IMG/VR virus record: IMGVR_UViG_2778261214_000022
Coordinates: 1-49,673 of that record
DNA: 49,673 nucleotides
DNA from: a virus
Taxonomy: Duplodnaviria; Heunggongvirae; Uroviricota; Caudoviricetes
Reading direction: 5' to 3' (one strand)
The translations under genes were made by a program, and so were the position numbers. The notes beneath the pieces are model-generated. The model was not told where the DNA came from, searched no databases, and saw only the letters and a program-made list of their open reading frames with translations. This document shows, piece after piece, positions 9,908-19,452 of the stretch. How positions within the stretch are numbered: the stretch's first letter is position 1; each line of letters starts with the position of its first letter.

Positions 9908-11032
9908 ATGGTTAAGGCTAAAAACATGCCAAATCCCATGCCAAAAACTAAGGCAAACAATGAGCCTTATCGCAAGGTAAAAATAACGATATGGGATGAT
10001 CCCAAATTTAGGGCGTTATCTCCTCTGCCTCCAAGTGGACAGAGTTTGTTTATTTATCTGCTGACCAGTCCATTTACCGGGATTATTCCTGGGTTGTTTA
10101 AAGCCGGGCGGGCAGCAATGGCTGAAGAGTTGGGGTGGGATATCGAAGCCTTTGACTTAGCCTTAGGCGAAGCCATGAATCTTGGCATGGTGAAAGCAGA
10201 TATCAAAGCCAGAGTTTTTTGGCTCCCGAATGCTGCGAAACACAATCCGCCAAACTCGATAAATGTCATTAAATCCTGGGCAAAGGCATTCGCTTTAATT
10301 CCTGATTGCCCTCTCAAATGGGAGGCCAGGGAATCGCTGAGAGCCGCGTCCTACGGGGTTTCTGAGGCTTTGGGGATGGCATTCGATAAGGCAATCCCTT
10401 TGCCTGAGGATAAGCCTAAGGATAAGGCTAACGCTTTGTCATGCGGTATCCAGATAACAGATAACAGATATATAAACCCCACACATAACGCGCGCGTGCG
10501 CGAGGGTGCTCCGGCCAGTGAGGCAAATGGCGTGCCGTTGCAGACAGCGGAACCTGATTACCTGGAAGGCCTGAGCGAACCCATCGGGAAATTTCCGATG
10601 ACCGATGGCTGGCATCCGTCGCCGGATTTTCGACGACGGGCTGCGCTGTGGGGCGTGGCTCTTCCTGAGCCGGAATTTACACCAGCTGAACTTGCCGCCT
10701 TCCGGGACTACTGGGCAGCGGAGGGGAAAGTTTTCACGCAGGTTCAGTGGGAGCAGAAATTCGCCCGTCACGTAAATCACGTCAGGGCGCAGGTTAAACC
10801 AGTCAGCAAGGGGGTGAGCCATGCAGCCGCACCAGGTGGCGCCGCATCACGGGCAGTTCAGGAAATTCGGGCAGCACGTGAGCAGTGGGAACGTGAAAAC
10901 GGATTTATCAGCGACGGAAACGGCGTGGAAGCTGTGGGAACTCATGGGGGAGGTTTATTCGAACCGCTGGACCCAGAAGAACGGGGCCGCACCTTCGAAG
11001 CTCTGGATTGCACAGATTGGCGCGATGACTGA
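9908..11032 (+). CDS. Replication initiation / primosomal protein (O-like position, DnaT-like C-terminal region)
   Basis: 374 aa from Met19; C-terminal region ([39 protein letters not shown]) resembles DnaT-type domain; lies upstream of P-like gene. Confidence 0.65.
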   Translation: MVKAKNMPNPMPKTKANNEPYRKVKITIWDDPKFRALSPLPPSGQSLFIYLLTSPFTGIIPGLFKAGRAAMAEELGWDIEAFDLALGEAMNLGMVKADIKARVFWLPNAAKHNPPNSINVIKSWAKAFALIPDCPLKWEARESLRAASYGVSEALGMAFDKAIPLPEDKPKDKANALSCGIQITDNRYINPTHNARVREGAPASEANGVPLQTAEPDYLEGLSEPIGKFPMTDGWHPSPDFRRRAALWGVALPEPEFTPAELAAFRDYWAAEGKVFTQVQWEQKFARHVNHVRAQVKPVSKGVSHAAAPGGAASRAVQEIRAAREQWERENGFISDGNGVEAVGTHGGGLFEPLDPEERGRTFEALDCTDWRDD

Positions 11033-11486
11033 GCAGCAAATCCGGCTGGTCTGCCGCCAGTGCATGGACCGCTGCCGGGCGGGTGAAACATGGCCTCCGG
11101 ACCTGGCTGAGTTTGTGGCGCTGATTTCGGAAAGCGGGGCAAATCCATTTGGTCTGACGGTGGATAACGTGATGGAGGAATATCGCCGCTGGCGCAATGA
11201 GTCCTGGCGATACGACGGAAGCGATAAATACCCGTGGTCTCAGCCTGTGCTGTATCACATTTGCCTCGAGATGCGTTCAAAGGGGATTGAGCGCCAGATG
11301 ACCGAAGGGGAGTTAAAACGGCTTGCAGAACGGCAGCTGACGAAATGGGCAAAGCATGTTGGTAACGGCCTGAGCGTTCCGCCAGTCCGGCGGCAACTGG
11401 CAGCACCAGAACGCCCGTCGGGGCCAACACCAATTGAGTTGCTGAAACAGGAATATGAACGCCGGAAGGCAGCTGGTTTTGTTTGA
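10821..11486 (+). CDS. Lambda P-like replication protein (helicase loader)
   Basis: 221 aa; alignable by eye to lambda P (FVA..GLP.V.E...YPWS...ELRR.A); GGGGGTGA RBS before ATG at 10821; overlaps upstream gene by 212 nt. Confidence 0.7.
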   Translation: MQPHQVAPHHGQFRKFGQHVSSGNVKTDLSATETAWKLWELMGEVYSNRWTQKNGAAPSKLWIAQIGAMTEQQIRLVCRQCMDRCRAGETWPPDLAEFVALISESGANPFGLTVDNVMEEYRRWRNESWRYDGSDKYPWSQPVLYHICLEMRSKGIERQMTEGELKRLAERQLTKWAKHVGNGLSVPPVRRQLAAPERPSGPTPIELLKQEYERRKAAGFV

Positions 11487-11520
11487 GATTGGTAAATAAT
11501 TTTTAACGGGAGAAATTTTA

Positions 11521-12300
11521 ATGGAAACGTTGATTGATACGTTAAAAGCGATGCAAAAGGTGACGTGCACTGAGCTTGCTACCAGTTTGGGCATTGCACC
11601 GGCTGAGGCGATTAAAATGTTGCGGGAGTACGAAGAGCAGGGAGAAGTTGTATCGGTTAATGGTTACTGGTCTGTTTCAGAACGACAAAGTGGCGTGAAA
11701 GAAAAAACAGTGCCGGTGTGTAAAGCGGAAAGAAAATCCCGCATGGTGGTCAGCAGAAAAGACCGTGAGCCACTGAATCGCTGCGACATCCTGTCCACAC
11801 TTGCTCATGGTGGGGCAATGACCACCGCTGAGATTGCAATTGCTGTGGGGCGTGCTGATTGCGTCAGGTCGCTGGTTTCTGCGATGGAAAAGCTTTGCCG
11901 CGATGGCATGGCGATTAAGCTGGGACAGGGGAAGGGGTGTAAGTGGATGCTGGTAAAAGAAACCGGGGAAAATTTACCAGCAGAGCCGAAATTTGTATCG
12001 GTAGCGAAAACACCTGGTAAAGCCTTTTCTCGGCCAGCCGGTGTTGCGTTACCAGTACAGGAGGTTGCAACACAGGAAGATATTAAAACAGAAACTGTGG
12101 CGGACATTGTGCATTCGCTGCCATCGTTTACTGAAACGCGAGCTGATGACCTGGTTTTACCATCACTGCATATGGCAAACCGCGAACTGCGTCGGGCGAA
12201 AAATCATGTCCGGAAGTGGGAGCGAGTCTGCGCGGCGCTGCGGGAACTGTACAGGCACAAGGATATTGTCAGACAGATTATCGCCACCGGAGAACGGTAG
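11521..12300 (+). CDS. Hypothetical protein with two winged-helix-like segments
   Basis: 259 aa ORF; function not recognised. Confidence 0.65.
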   Translation: METLIDTLKAMQKVTCTELATSLGIAPAEAIKMLREYEEQGEVVSVNGYWSVSERQSGVKEKTVPVCKAERKSRMVVSRKDREPLNRCDILSTLAHGGAMTTAEIAIAVGRADCVRSLVSAMEKLCRDGMAIKLGQGKGCKWMLVKETGENLPAEPKFVSVAKTPGKAFSRPAGVALPVQEVATQEDIKTETVADIVHSLPSFTETRADDLVLPSLHMANRELRRAKNHVRKWERVCAALRELYRHKDIVRQIIATGER

Positions 12301-12302
12301 CG

Positions 12303-12620
12303 GTGAGTGGCTGGAAGAAGTGGTGCAGGGCTGAAATCATGGTGCTCCGGCAGTGTGCGGGAACGATGACAGTCGACAGCATCGGCAGTCTGATTGGTCG
12401 TAGTGAGCCGGCGGTCAGGGCGAAAGCACGGGAACTGGGTATCGGCATGATGTTGCGTGGTGATTATCACCAGTCAACAAAATATCCGCAGAGCGATATT
12501 GAGCTGGTGCGACAGTTGCATCAGCGTGGCGTGTCCAGGAGAGAAATTGCCAGAAAATTCGGAATGCCGTTGCGCACAGTGAATAACTACGTTTATTTCA
12601 ACAGGAGGGTTCTGGAGTGA
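12303..12620 (+). CDS. GcrA-like / HTH DNA-binding protein
   Basis: N-terminus SGWKKW...GTMTVDSIGSLIGRSEPAVRAKARELGI fits GcrA N-domain pattern; C-terminal HTH (VSRREIARKFGMPLRTV); GTG start inferred. Confidence 0.5.
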   Translation: MSGWKKWCRAEIMVLRQCAGTMTVDSIGSLIGRSEPAVRAKARELGIGMMLRGDYHQSTKYPQSDIELVRQLHQRGVSRREIARKFGMPLRTVNNYVYFNRRVLE

Positions 12621-12907
12621 GGGTTTATATCGCCGGTCCAATGACGGGCTATGAAAATTTCAACCGTGAGGCGTTCCACAAGGTGGAAGAGGAACTGAAA
12701 CGGGATGGGCACACAGTCTTAAATCCGGCAGTACTTCCGGACGGACTGACGCAGCCGCACTACATGGATATTTGCATGGCAATGATTCGCTGCGTGGATG
12801 CGATTTACATGCTGAAAGACTGGCAGCGGTCGGCAGGTGCCAGGGCAGAACTGGCACTGGCGGAGAAGCTGGGGCATGCGGTTATTTTACAGAAGGCGAT
12901 GCAGTGA
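12617..12907 (+). CDS. DUF4406-like protein, nucleoside 2-deoxyribosyltransferase-like fold
   Basis: 96 aa; N-terminal YIAGPMTGYENFNREAF motif; GTG start with AGGAGGG RBS; GTGA overlap with upstream stop. Confidence 0.7.
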   Translation: MRVYIAGPMTGYENFNREAFHKVEEELKRDGHTVLNPAVLPDGLTQPHYMDICMAMIRCVDAIYMLKDWQRSAGARAELALAEKLGHAVILQKAMQ

Positions 12908-12909
12908 AT

Positions 12910-13086
12910 ATGTTCTGGATAATCAAAATTGAGCTGTTTGTTATTGTTTTCCTGATCAGTGCATTTCTGGCAGCGGCTTTTATTATCTGGGAAAATCCTT
13001 TTCGACATATCAGTCCACTGTTTGCAATCAGGGTGTTAATAGCATCGGTTGTAGTGGTGTGGTTAATTTGTTTTGCATTATTTTAA
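12910..13086 (+). CDS. Small membrane protein
   Basis: 58 aa, two hydrophobic segments; coupled to upstream gene. Confidence 0.4.
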   Translation: MFWIIKIELFVIVFLISAFLAAAFIIWENPFRHISPLFAIRVLIASVVVVWLICFALF

Positions 13087-13099
13087 TGGAGTTAATGTT

Positions 13100-13411
13100 A
13101 TGAACGAAATCAAAGAAATGCCGGTAGAACGTGATGCATATGGCTGCTGGATACATCCTGAATATGAAAAATTTTGTGATGGCCGGGAGTATATTTCGAC
13201 GGAAGAATTTAATGCCTGGATGAAGGCGAATAATCTTCAGTGGACCATTCGCGCAATGGATGAAGATGATTTTAATCCGGATGCGGATGGTCCTGATATT
13301 TCCGCATGGGAGCCGGAACGACCAGAGGGTGATGGGTGGTTTATTGGCTCCATTCATGACACGGAAGACGGCCCGGTTTGTGTATGGATGAGAAATAAGG
13401 TTCAGGCATAA
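13100..13411 (+). CDS. Hypothetical protein
   Basis: 103 aa from Met10, GGAG RBS 8 nt upstream. Confidence 0.6.
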   Translation: MNEIKEMPVERDAYGCWIHPEYEKFCDGREYISTEEFNAWMKANNLQWTIRAMDEDDFNPDADGPDISAWEPERPEGDGWFIGSIHDTEDGPVCVWMRNKVQA

Positions 13412-13537
13412 AGCGATAAACAAACTGACAATAAGACACTGAAATTTAAATCAGAAGTGATTTTTATTAAATCCTTAACCGGAGGGATTTCTGCACCCTC
13501 AAAACATCAGGAGGCCGCCCGAAAGGGCGGTAAGACA

Positions 13538-13711
13538 ATGCGAAAATTCAAAATAGTTATCGAAACGAGGATTGTTGGTAACGTGCGTGAAGATGTATTT
13601 GAAGTGGATGATGATGCGACTCCTGAGGAAATAGAAAACGAGGCAATTGATGTTTTCTTTAATCACTGCAATTACTCAATTTACGAAATAAAAGACGAAG
13701 TGGAAGAGTAA
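13538..13711 (+). CDS. Hypothetical small acidic protein
   Basis: 57 aa from internal Met; upstream AGGAGG is followed by hairpin ccgccc-gaaa-gggcgg. Confidence 0.4.
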   Translation: MRKFKIVIETRIVGNVREDVFEVDDDATPEEIENEAIDVFFNHCNYSIYEIKDEVEE

Positions 13712-14074
13712 ATGGCGACTTTGACCAAAGAAGAACGGTTTACCAAAGAGCAGTTAATAGCCCACGCAGAGGAGGCTATTGAATCACAGAGACTGTGCAT
13801 ACCAGGCACAATCGACCATGACCTCATTCGCGCATATAAGATGGATATTGCTGTTCTGGAAATTGCACTGCAATCGCTGGCAGCAGCGCCAGTTGGTAAA
13901 TTTTATGAATACAAACCAGTGGGGTATCAGTGTCTGGTCGACGAGTTAACTATGCAGGTAAAGCAGTTAGCCTGGCAACTGAGGAAAGCGAAGCCGGACT
14001 GCAAACTGCCGGATAAGGCGATGGACTACCTGGAGCGAAACGGACTGACAAGCGTGGAGGATGTTTTACGATGA
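13712..14074 (+). CDS. Hypothetical protein
   Basis: 120 aa ORF starting right after previous stop. Confidence 0.6.
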   Translation: MATLTKEERFTKEQLIAHAEEAIESQRLCIPGTIDHDLIRAYKMDIAVLEIALQSLAAAPVGKFYEYKPVGYQCLVDELTMQVKQLAWQLRKAKPDCKLPDKAMDYLERNGLTSVEDVLR

Positions 14075-14154
14075 CCTGGCCTGAAGCATTCACAACGGCA
14101 GGAATTGCGATGGCGGTGGCGCTGGTGGTGTATTCGATTTTCTGCTGGGGATAA
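14071..14154 (+). CDS. Small hydrophobic peptide
   Basis: 27 aa ([27 protein letters not shown]) by hand translation; ATGA overlap; GGAGG 10 nt upstream. Confidence 0.35.
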   Translation: MTWPEAFTTAGIAMAVALVVYSIFCWG

Positions 14155-14156
14155 CA

Positions 14157-14187
14157 AAAGCCAGCCCATTAGGGCTGGTTTTTTAAA
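14157..14187. terminator. Bidirectional intrinsic terminator
   Basis: aaaag-ccagccc-atta-gggctgg-tttttt between convergent genes. Confidence 0.7.
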
Positions 14188-14470
14188 GAGGTAGCTTCAT
14201 GATGGCTGCCAGTGCGCCAACAGCAACGACGAGCATCCCGCCAAATCTGACAGTCAGTTGCAGGGTGAGTTTATCAATTTTTGCATCAATGGCAGCAATG
14301 TCATTTTTTAGTTCAGTTTTAACATCGTTCAGGTCGCGCTTTGTAGCGACTTCTGCCGCTTCGTGAGAATCCTTTACTGCAGCAGATATGGCGCGAGCTT
14401 GTGCTGCAGGCATTCCGGCGGCTTCTAGGGTTTCAACGAATTTCAGAGTATCAAAATAGACCTGAGCCAT
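14183..14470 (-). CDS. Coiled-coil protein with C-terminal membrane anchor (DUF1640-like)
   Basis: 95 aa; predicted helical N-region and hydrophobic C-terminus (FGGMLVVAVGALAAIMKL); reverse-oriented inside a forward operon. Confidence 0.6.
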   Translation of the reverse strand: MAQVYFDTLKFVETLEAAGMPAAQARAISAAVKDSHEAAEVATKRDLNDVKTELKNDIAAIDAKIDKLTLQLTVRFGGMLVVAVGALAAIMKLPL

Positions 14471-14671
14471 GGTATTAAGTCCTTCGTTGTTGGGGAATGT
14501 TGTTATTTTAGCTTGTTATGTCTGTTGACGACAACAGACATCCGGGGCTATAGCACTATAAAACCGTTTAGGAGTAGCATGGCTGGGGTGTTGTCAGCAA
14601 TGAGCAATTGGTGGTGTGATGCGGTTGTGATGATAAGAAGAACAATACCCCCCCGTGGGATTGTGGAGGGA

Positions 14672-14842
14672 TTATTTATTGGGTGTATTGATGTCTTGAA
14701 GAGTGACTTTTATTTCTTCACCTGAATCTGCATTTTTGAGGACATATACAATGTCGTCATTAAGAATGTGCACTACGAGCCATTCTCCATCTTTTTCACG
14801 TAAGTGAACGATACTGCCTGTTGATATGCCATGAACGGTCAT
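14672..14842 (-). CDS. Small beta-rich protein (DUF2158/YodC-like guess)
   Basis: 56 aa ORF by hand translation (MTVHGISTGSIVHLREKDGEWLVVHILNDDIVYVLKNADSGEEIKVTLQDINTPNK); weak RBS. Confidence 0.4.
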   Translation of the reverse strand: MTVHGISTGSIVHLREKDGEWLVVHILNDDIVYVLKNADSGEEIKVTLQDINTPNK

Positions 14843-14959
14843 TTCTGCGTCTCTCGTGTTGTAGGTATAAGGTTAGTATAGCCAAGAATGCATGAAAGGC
14901 ATAGCAGGCTATAAAGTAGCAAAAGGTGATGTTAATCGTCCTGATCGTCATCTGTTTAA

Positions 14960-15156
14960 CCGTCATAGTGACGACACTGGTAACGAGGAAAGACCTCTGT
15001 GAGGTACAAATCCGAATCGGTCAGACGGAGGTCGCTGTCTTTACAGCTTACGAACCTGAGGAGTAAGAGACCTGGCGGGAGAGAAATCTCCCGCCTCCTC
15101 TGATGTGTCAGGCATCTTCAACGCCCCCGTACTTAACCCGCTTCGACGGGTTTTTT
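14960..15156 (+). ncRNA. Candidate structured small RNA or leader
   Basis: No convincing ORF; perfect 9 bp hairpin ggcgggaga-GAAA-tctcccgcc (15074-15095) then intrinsic terminator. Confidence 0.25.
15137..15156 (+). terminator. Intrinsic terminator
   Basis: cccg-cttcga-cggg followed by TTTTTT. Confidence 0.6.
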
Positions 15157-15319
15157 GTTACGATTATTTTTAATCAAACAGGCTTTTTGTGTTTTTGTGA
15201 TTTGTTGTTCTTGAGGCTAATTACGGGGGAAATAGAATCTCATTACTTGATTGGCGCGCAGGGAGAAGAGGGATGGCCCCCAAACAGGGGAAAGTTATTT
15301 ATCCAGAAGGATTCTGCTG

Positions 15320-15493
15320 ATGAAAATCGAAGAATTGCGTGAAATTTTTAGTGAAAATGGCCTCTATGCTGTGCGCGTTGAGAATGGGGAAGTTATCTAC
15401 GCAACGTTAATTCCTGATGATCATGTAATTTTATCTATCGAGGCATTCATTGAATACCTGGAAAGGCTCGGTTTCAAGGTAGTTTGGGAATGA
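15320..15493 (+). CDS. Hypothetical small protein
   Basis: 57 aa from Met24, AAGGA RBS. Confidence 0.45.
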   Translation: MKIEELREIFSENGLYAVRVENGEVIYATLIPDDHVILSIEAFIEYLERLGFKVVWE

Positions 15494-15552
15494 GTTATAA
15501 TTCGTAAGCCAGCCTGAACACCTGGCAACCTACAGCGCTATTGGAGAAAGCA

Positions 15553-16152
15553 ATGGCGCATATACAACTGGTCAAACAAACCTCTTCCGGATTACTTCTC
15601 CCGGCGACGCCGGAGAGTTGCGATTTTCTGTATCAAATCAAAATAGGTGAGTGGATACACGCAGACTTTAAGCGTGTGCGTAACTACGCATTCCACAAGC
15701 GTTTTTTCAAACTCCTGCAACTGGGATTCGATTACTGGACTCCGATCGGTGGGGCGATCACACCTCGAGAACGAGAAATGGTATCAGGATTCGTTGATTA
15801 CCTGTGTGAATCAGTAGGCCGGGAACATACGCCAGCTCTGAGCGAAGCCGCAGAGCAATATCTGAATACAGTTGCGACACGCAGAACCCGGGATACGGCA
15901 TTGCTTAAGTCATTTGACGCTTTCCGCGAGTGGGTAATCATTCAGGCCGGATTTTACACCGAGCATTTTTATCCGGATGGTAGCCGTGGGCGCAGGGCGA
16001 AATCAATCGCGTTTGCGAATATGGACGAAACCGAGTTTCAGCAGGTTTATAAATCTGTACTGAATGTGCTGTGGAACTGGATCCTGTTCCGTAAATTTTC
16101 CTCTCCGGAACAAGTCGAAAATGTGGCCGCGCAGCTGCTGGAGTTTGCGTAA
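15553..16152 (+). CDS. DUF1367-like phage protein (nin-region type)
   Basis: 199 aa from MAHIQLVKQ; GGAG RBS 6 nt upstream; family by recall. Confidence 0.7.
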   Translation: MAHIQLVKQTSSGLLLPATPESCDFLYQIKIGEWIHADFKRVRNYAFHKRFFKLLQLGFDYWTPIGGAITPREREMVSGFVDYLCESVGREHTPALSEAAEQYLNTVATRRTRDTALLKSFDAFREWVIIQAGFYTEHFYPDGSRGRRAKSIAFANMDETEFQQVYKSVLNVLWNWILFRKFSSPEQVENVAAQLLEFA

Positions 16153-16442
16153 TGGTGAATTTGCGTAAAGCGGCGCGGGGCCAGATGTGCCAGGTCAGAA
16201 TTCCTGGCTACTGCAATCACAATCCCGGAACGTCTGTGCTGGCACATTACAGGCTGGCGGGGACGTGTGGAACAGCGACAAAACCACACGATATGCAGGC
16301 GGCGATTGCCTGTAGCTCGTGCCACGATTTAATCGACGGGAGAGTAAAAACCATCGATTACACCAAAGAAGAATTGCGCCTGATGCATGCAGAAGGTGTT
16401 TTTCGCACACAAGAAATCTGGAGAAAGGAGGGATATTTGTGA
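16152..16442 (+). CDS. DUF1364-like Cys-rich phage protein
   Basis: 96 aa with CQVRIPGYC ... CSSCHDLIDG motifs; TAATG overlap with upstream gene. Confidence 0.7.
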   Translation: MVNLRKAARGQMCQVRIPGYCNHNPGTSVLAHYRLAGTCGTATKPHDMQAAIACSSCHDLIDGRVKTIDYTKEELRLMHAEGVFRTQEIWRKEGYL

Positions 16443-16981
16443 TTTACCCAACGAATACAGGAAAAAGCGGAGAACACCTTCGTCTCACTACGCTGGAAAG
16501 TGTCTGGATTCAGGGAAAACTGCGTATGTGGGGGCGCTGGTCGTATATTGGTGGCGGTAAGACAGGGAATATGTTTAACCAGATGTTGACCTCTAAAAAG
16601 CTGACAAAAACGGCAATTAACGAGGTGCTCCGGAGGATGAAAAAAGCAGGTCTGGACAAGCCTGAACTTGAGGCTTTTTTGCGGGATATGATTAACGGCA
16701 AGCAAAAGAGCTGGCTGGCACATTGTGCCGATTCAGAGGCATTAATAATCGACAGAGTTATTGGCGAAGTTATGGCGGATCATCCGGGATTGATTTGTAT
16801 TCTCCGGCAACGCTATGAGGGGCGGGGGATGACTAAGCGAAAAATGGCTGAATTGCTAAATGATGCACACCCAGAGTGGTGTTTTAGCACATGCGAAAAG
16901 CGAATTGCTAATTGGTTGGCTGTTGCTGAGTATGCGCTATACATTCCCATGCGAGAATCATTTGCTCAAAAAATGGCTTGA
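16439..16981 (+). CDS. Q-like late antiterminator (candidate)
   Basis: 180 aa from GTG with AAGGAGGG RBS; MWGRWSY motif resembles Q family; sits immediately upstream of terminator, tRNAs and lysis genes. Confidence 0.55.
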   Translation: MIYPTNTGKSGEHLRLTTLESVWIQGKLRMWGRWSYIGGGKTGNMFNQMLTSKKLTKTAINEVLRRMKKAGLDKPELEAFLRDMINGKQKSWLAHCADSEALIIDRVIGEVMADHPGLICILRQRYEGRGMTKRKMAELLNDAHPEWCFSTCEKRIANWLAVAEYALYIPMRESFAQKMA

Positions 16982-17061
16982 TTTTTTACGTACAAACTGC
17001 TTCAATTTTGGTACGCTTCGTAAAGCTGTATCACGAGGCGTATAGCAGACATGGACACCTG

Positions 17062-17088
17062 AAAACCCGCTTAATGTGGGTTTTTTTA
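17062..17088 (+). terminator. tR-prime-like intrinsic terminator downstream of Q-like gene
   Basis: aacccgc-ttaat-gtgggtt followed by TTTTTTT, ~80 nt after Q-like stop. Confidence 0.6.
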
Positions 17089-17700
17089 CGCCCGAAAAGT
17101 GGTGCGGTACGTTAAACGTGCCCGAGGCTGTGAATACGGTTTTTTAGCTCACTGATTTTCTCGACAGGAATTATTGGTATGTCAAAATGCTACTGACAGA
17201 TAAACTGAAAAATGCACAATAAGAGAAGAACGGGAAACTTATTATCAAGCAGAATACGAGACGCGAACTAAGATAGGTGACCGTGCTGGCAGTTTCATTG
17301 TTCATCTGCCAGCGTTTGACACAGGTTGTGTACTGGCTGCGAAAGCGCGTGGGGTGATGAGTTCTGCGTTCACATACAGGGTGGTGTGAAGCCAGCTTTT
17401 TGTGTATTCAGATGGCATTCTGATTTTGTTTGGAGTTTTTAATATCAAGGGATTACGCATCGGGTCGCCAGCTTAATACAATGTATTTAGTAATGTGATG
17501 CTTAGTATCACTTATATTATTACGACCCCCTTTTTTAGAGGGGCGATATGGCGTGTTTAGTAATTTTTTATTCAAACAAATTTACAATTACATAGTTGGT
17601 AAATATTGCATCCTGATTATTTATTAGTATTATTTTTGTGGTTCCGAGGGAATGATACATTATGTATCGGGGCATCTCATCTCACTCCCGAGGAACCAAC

Positions 17701-17776
<76 letters not shown>

Positions 17777-17779
17777 TAT

Positions 17780-17851
<72 letters not shown>

Positions 17852-18026
17852 CTCTTGTAAAACAAACGAGGCATAGCTTTATCAGCACTGGCGAATTTTC
17901 GCGGAGAACAGCTTTGTAGGTACTATTGTTTTTCTTCATGCTGTAATATCTGAACGGTTACAGTTTCAGTGCTGCTTTTTTTGTATTACATAATGGTATG
18001 TGATTATTACTTGTAAACGTCGTTAG

Positions 18027-18103
18027 CAGAATGAGTCGTTACCTGTTCCATGCGCACACGTACAGTAAGCCAGGGTGGCTTTGTAGGTTGACGACTCATT
18101 CTG
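18027..18103 (+). other. Long inverted repeat (13 bp stem, ~50 nt loop)
   Basis: cagaatgagtcgt ... acgactcattctg. Confidence 0.4.
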
Positions 18104-18153
18104 GTGGCGACCATATATAAATATAATTCTATTACTACACGATGAATGCTCTG

Positions 18154-18180
18154 GCCCGTCTCCTGACGGGCATTTTTTTA
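18154..18180 (+). terminator. Intrinsic terminator
   Basis: gcccgtc-tcctg-acgggc followed by TTTTTTT. Confidence 0.6.
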
Positions 18181-18307
18181 TCCATATACAGGGTTCGTAC
18201 CAGCGGACCTTTTTCACATCTGTGTCCTGCACACACCACACCAGAAAACACCAGATAACACCACACAAAAGGCATCTGCGGGTGCCTTTGATGGGGTGTT
18301 TTTTTAC

Positions 18308-18330
18308 GGGCCGACAGAGGCCCTTTTTTA
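18308..18330 (+). terminator. Intrinsic terminator just upstream of holin RBS
   Basis: gggcc-gacaga-ggccc followed by TTTTTT. Confidence 0.6.
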
Positions 18331-18347
18331 TTTACAGGAGAAAAAGT

Positions 18348-18737
18348 ATGTCTGAACCCTTATCCGGTTCCGGCACGGCTGCGGCGCTCGGCGGGGCGAC
18401 GGTATTCGGGCTGTTTACCGGAACGGATTTCGGGATTGTGTTTGGTGCATTCGCAGGGGCGCTGTTTGTGGCCACGATACCACAGAAGATTTCTGTCTGG
18501 CGTGTAGCAGCGCATTTTCTGGTGTCGTTCATTGTTGGCGTGCTGGGGGCGGATGTGATGGCGTCTTACCTGGTTGAAAAACTGAATCTCCACAGCACAT
18601 CTCTCGACGCGCTTTGCGCGGTACTGGTATCGGTGGTGTCGGTGAAGATTCTCTCATTCATCCACCAGCAGGATATCGCATCGCTGGTATCCGGGCTGTT
18701 CTCCCGTCTGCGGGGTGGAGGCGGTAATGTTAAGTAA
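18348..18737 (+). CDS. Holin-like membrane protein
   Basis: 129 aa, Gly/Ala-rich hydrophobic segments; AGGAG RBS; first gene of lysis cluster. Confidence 0.55.
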   Translation: MSEPLSGSGTAAALGGATVFGLFTGTDFGIVFGAFAGALFVATIPQKISVWRVAAHFLVSFIVGVLGADVMASYLVEKLNLHSTSLDALCAVLVSVVSVKILSFIHQQDIASLVSGLFSRLRGGGGNVK

Positions 18738-19002
18738 CCTTCCCGGATTACTGAATGTGGTGTTAAGCACGGTTATCGTGCTGACGCTCTTTTTTTATCG
18801 TCGTGGTAAGTCGAGACACAAACCGCTGATGTCGTGGCTGGCCTGGCTGCTGATGCTGCTTTATGCCTTTGCGCCGCTTTGTTATCTGTGTGGTCGCTTT
18901 CCACCCGGTAACTGGCTGGTCGTCCTGATTAACCTGGTGTTCTGCGTGCTGGTGATACGAGCACGCGGGAACGTATCAAAAATCCTTTCATTACGGAGGT
19001 GA
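18727..19002 (+). CDS. Lysis-associated small membrane protein (holin/antiholin-like)
   Basis: 91 aa with 2-3 hydrophobic helices; GGAGG RBS; between holin-like gene and endolysin. Confidence 0.5.
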   Translation: MLSNLPGLLNVVLSTVIVLTLFFYRRGKSRHKPLMSWLAWLLMLLYAFAPLCYLCGRFPPGNWLVVLINLVFCVLVIRARGNVSKILSLRR

Positions 19003-19004
19003 GT

Positions 19005-19382
19005 ATGCCCGGTAAATTCAGATTCAGTCGTCGAAGTGAGAAAAATCTGGAGGGCGTCAAACCACAGCTGGTTGCTGTTGTTCGTCGCGCTCTGGAGTTG
19101 TCGGAGGTTGATTTCGGTATTACGGAAGGCCTGCGCAGTAAGTATCGCCAGAAACAGCTGGTTGCAGAAGGGAAAAGCCAGACCATGAACAGCCGCCACC
19201 TGACCGGTGATGCGGTGGATGTTGTGGCCTACATTGGAAGCCAGGTGTCATGGGACTGGCCTCTGTACGAGAAAATCGCGCAGGCATTTAAGCAGGCTGC
19301 CGCAGAGCTGGGAACTGCCATCGAATGGGGCGGGGACTGGCGGACGCTTAAAGACGGCCCACATTTTCAATTGAAGCGATAG
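19005..19382 (+). CDS. Endolysin, peptidase M15 family (L-alanyl-D-glutamate peptidase type)
   Basis: 125 aa; metal-binding motif SRHLTGDAVDV, WDWPLY; GGAGG RBS. Confidence 0.85.
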   Translation: MPGKFRFSRRSEKNLEGVKPQLVAVVRRALELSEVDFGITEGLRSKYRQKQLVAEGKSQTMNSRHLTGDAVDVVAYIGSQVSWDWPLYEKIAQAFKQAAAELGTAIEWGGDWRTLKDGPHFQLKR

Positions 19383-19399
19383 CTTGCAAAACATACAGG

Positions 19400-19420
19400 G
19401 CCGCCATGAGCGGCTTTTTT
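19400..19420 (+). terminator. Intrinsic terminator after endolysin
   Basis: gccgc-catga-gcggc followed by TTTTTT. Confidence 0.55.
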
Positions 19421-19452
19421 ATTGCTCAAAAAACGAAAGAACGGAGGTACGT

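Noticed and set aside
10054-11433. Several minus-strand ORFs opposite the O-like and P-like genes
   Set aside because: Shadow ORFs in GC-rich coding sequence
15103-15342. 79 aa ORF reading through the 15137-15156 terminator
   Set aside because: Runs across strong hairpins and a terminator; the region fits noncoding RNA better
18023-18268. 81 aa minus-strand ORF between tRNAs and holin
   Set aside because: Overlaps the long inverted repeat and terminators; no RBS
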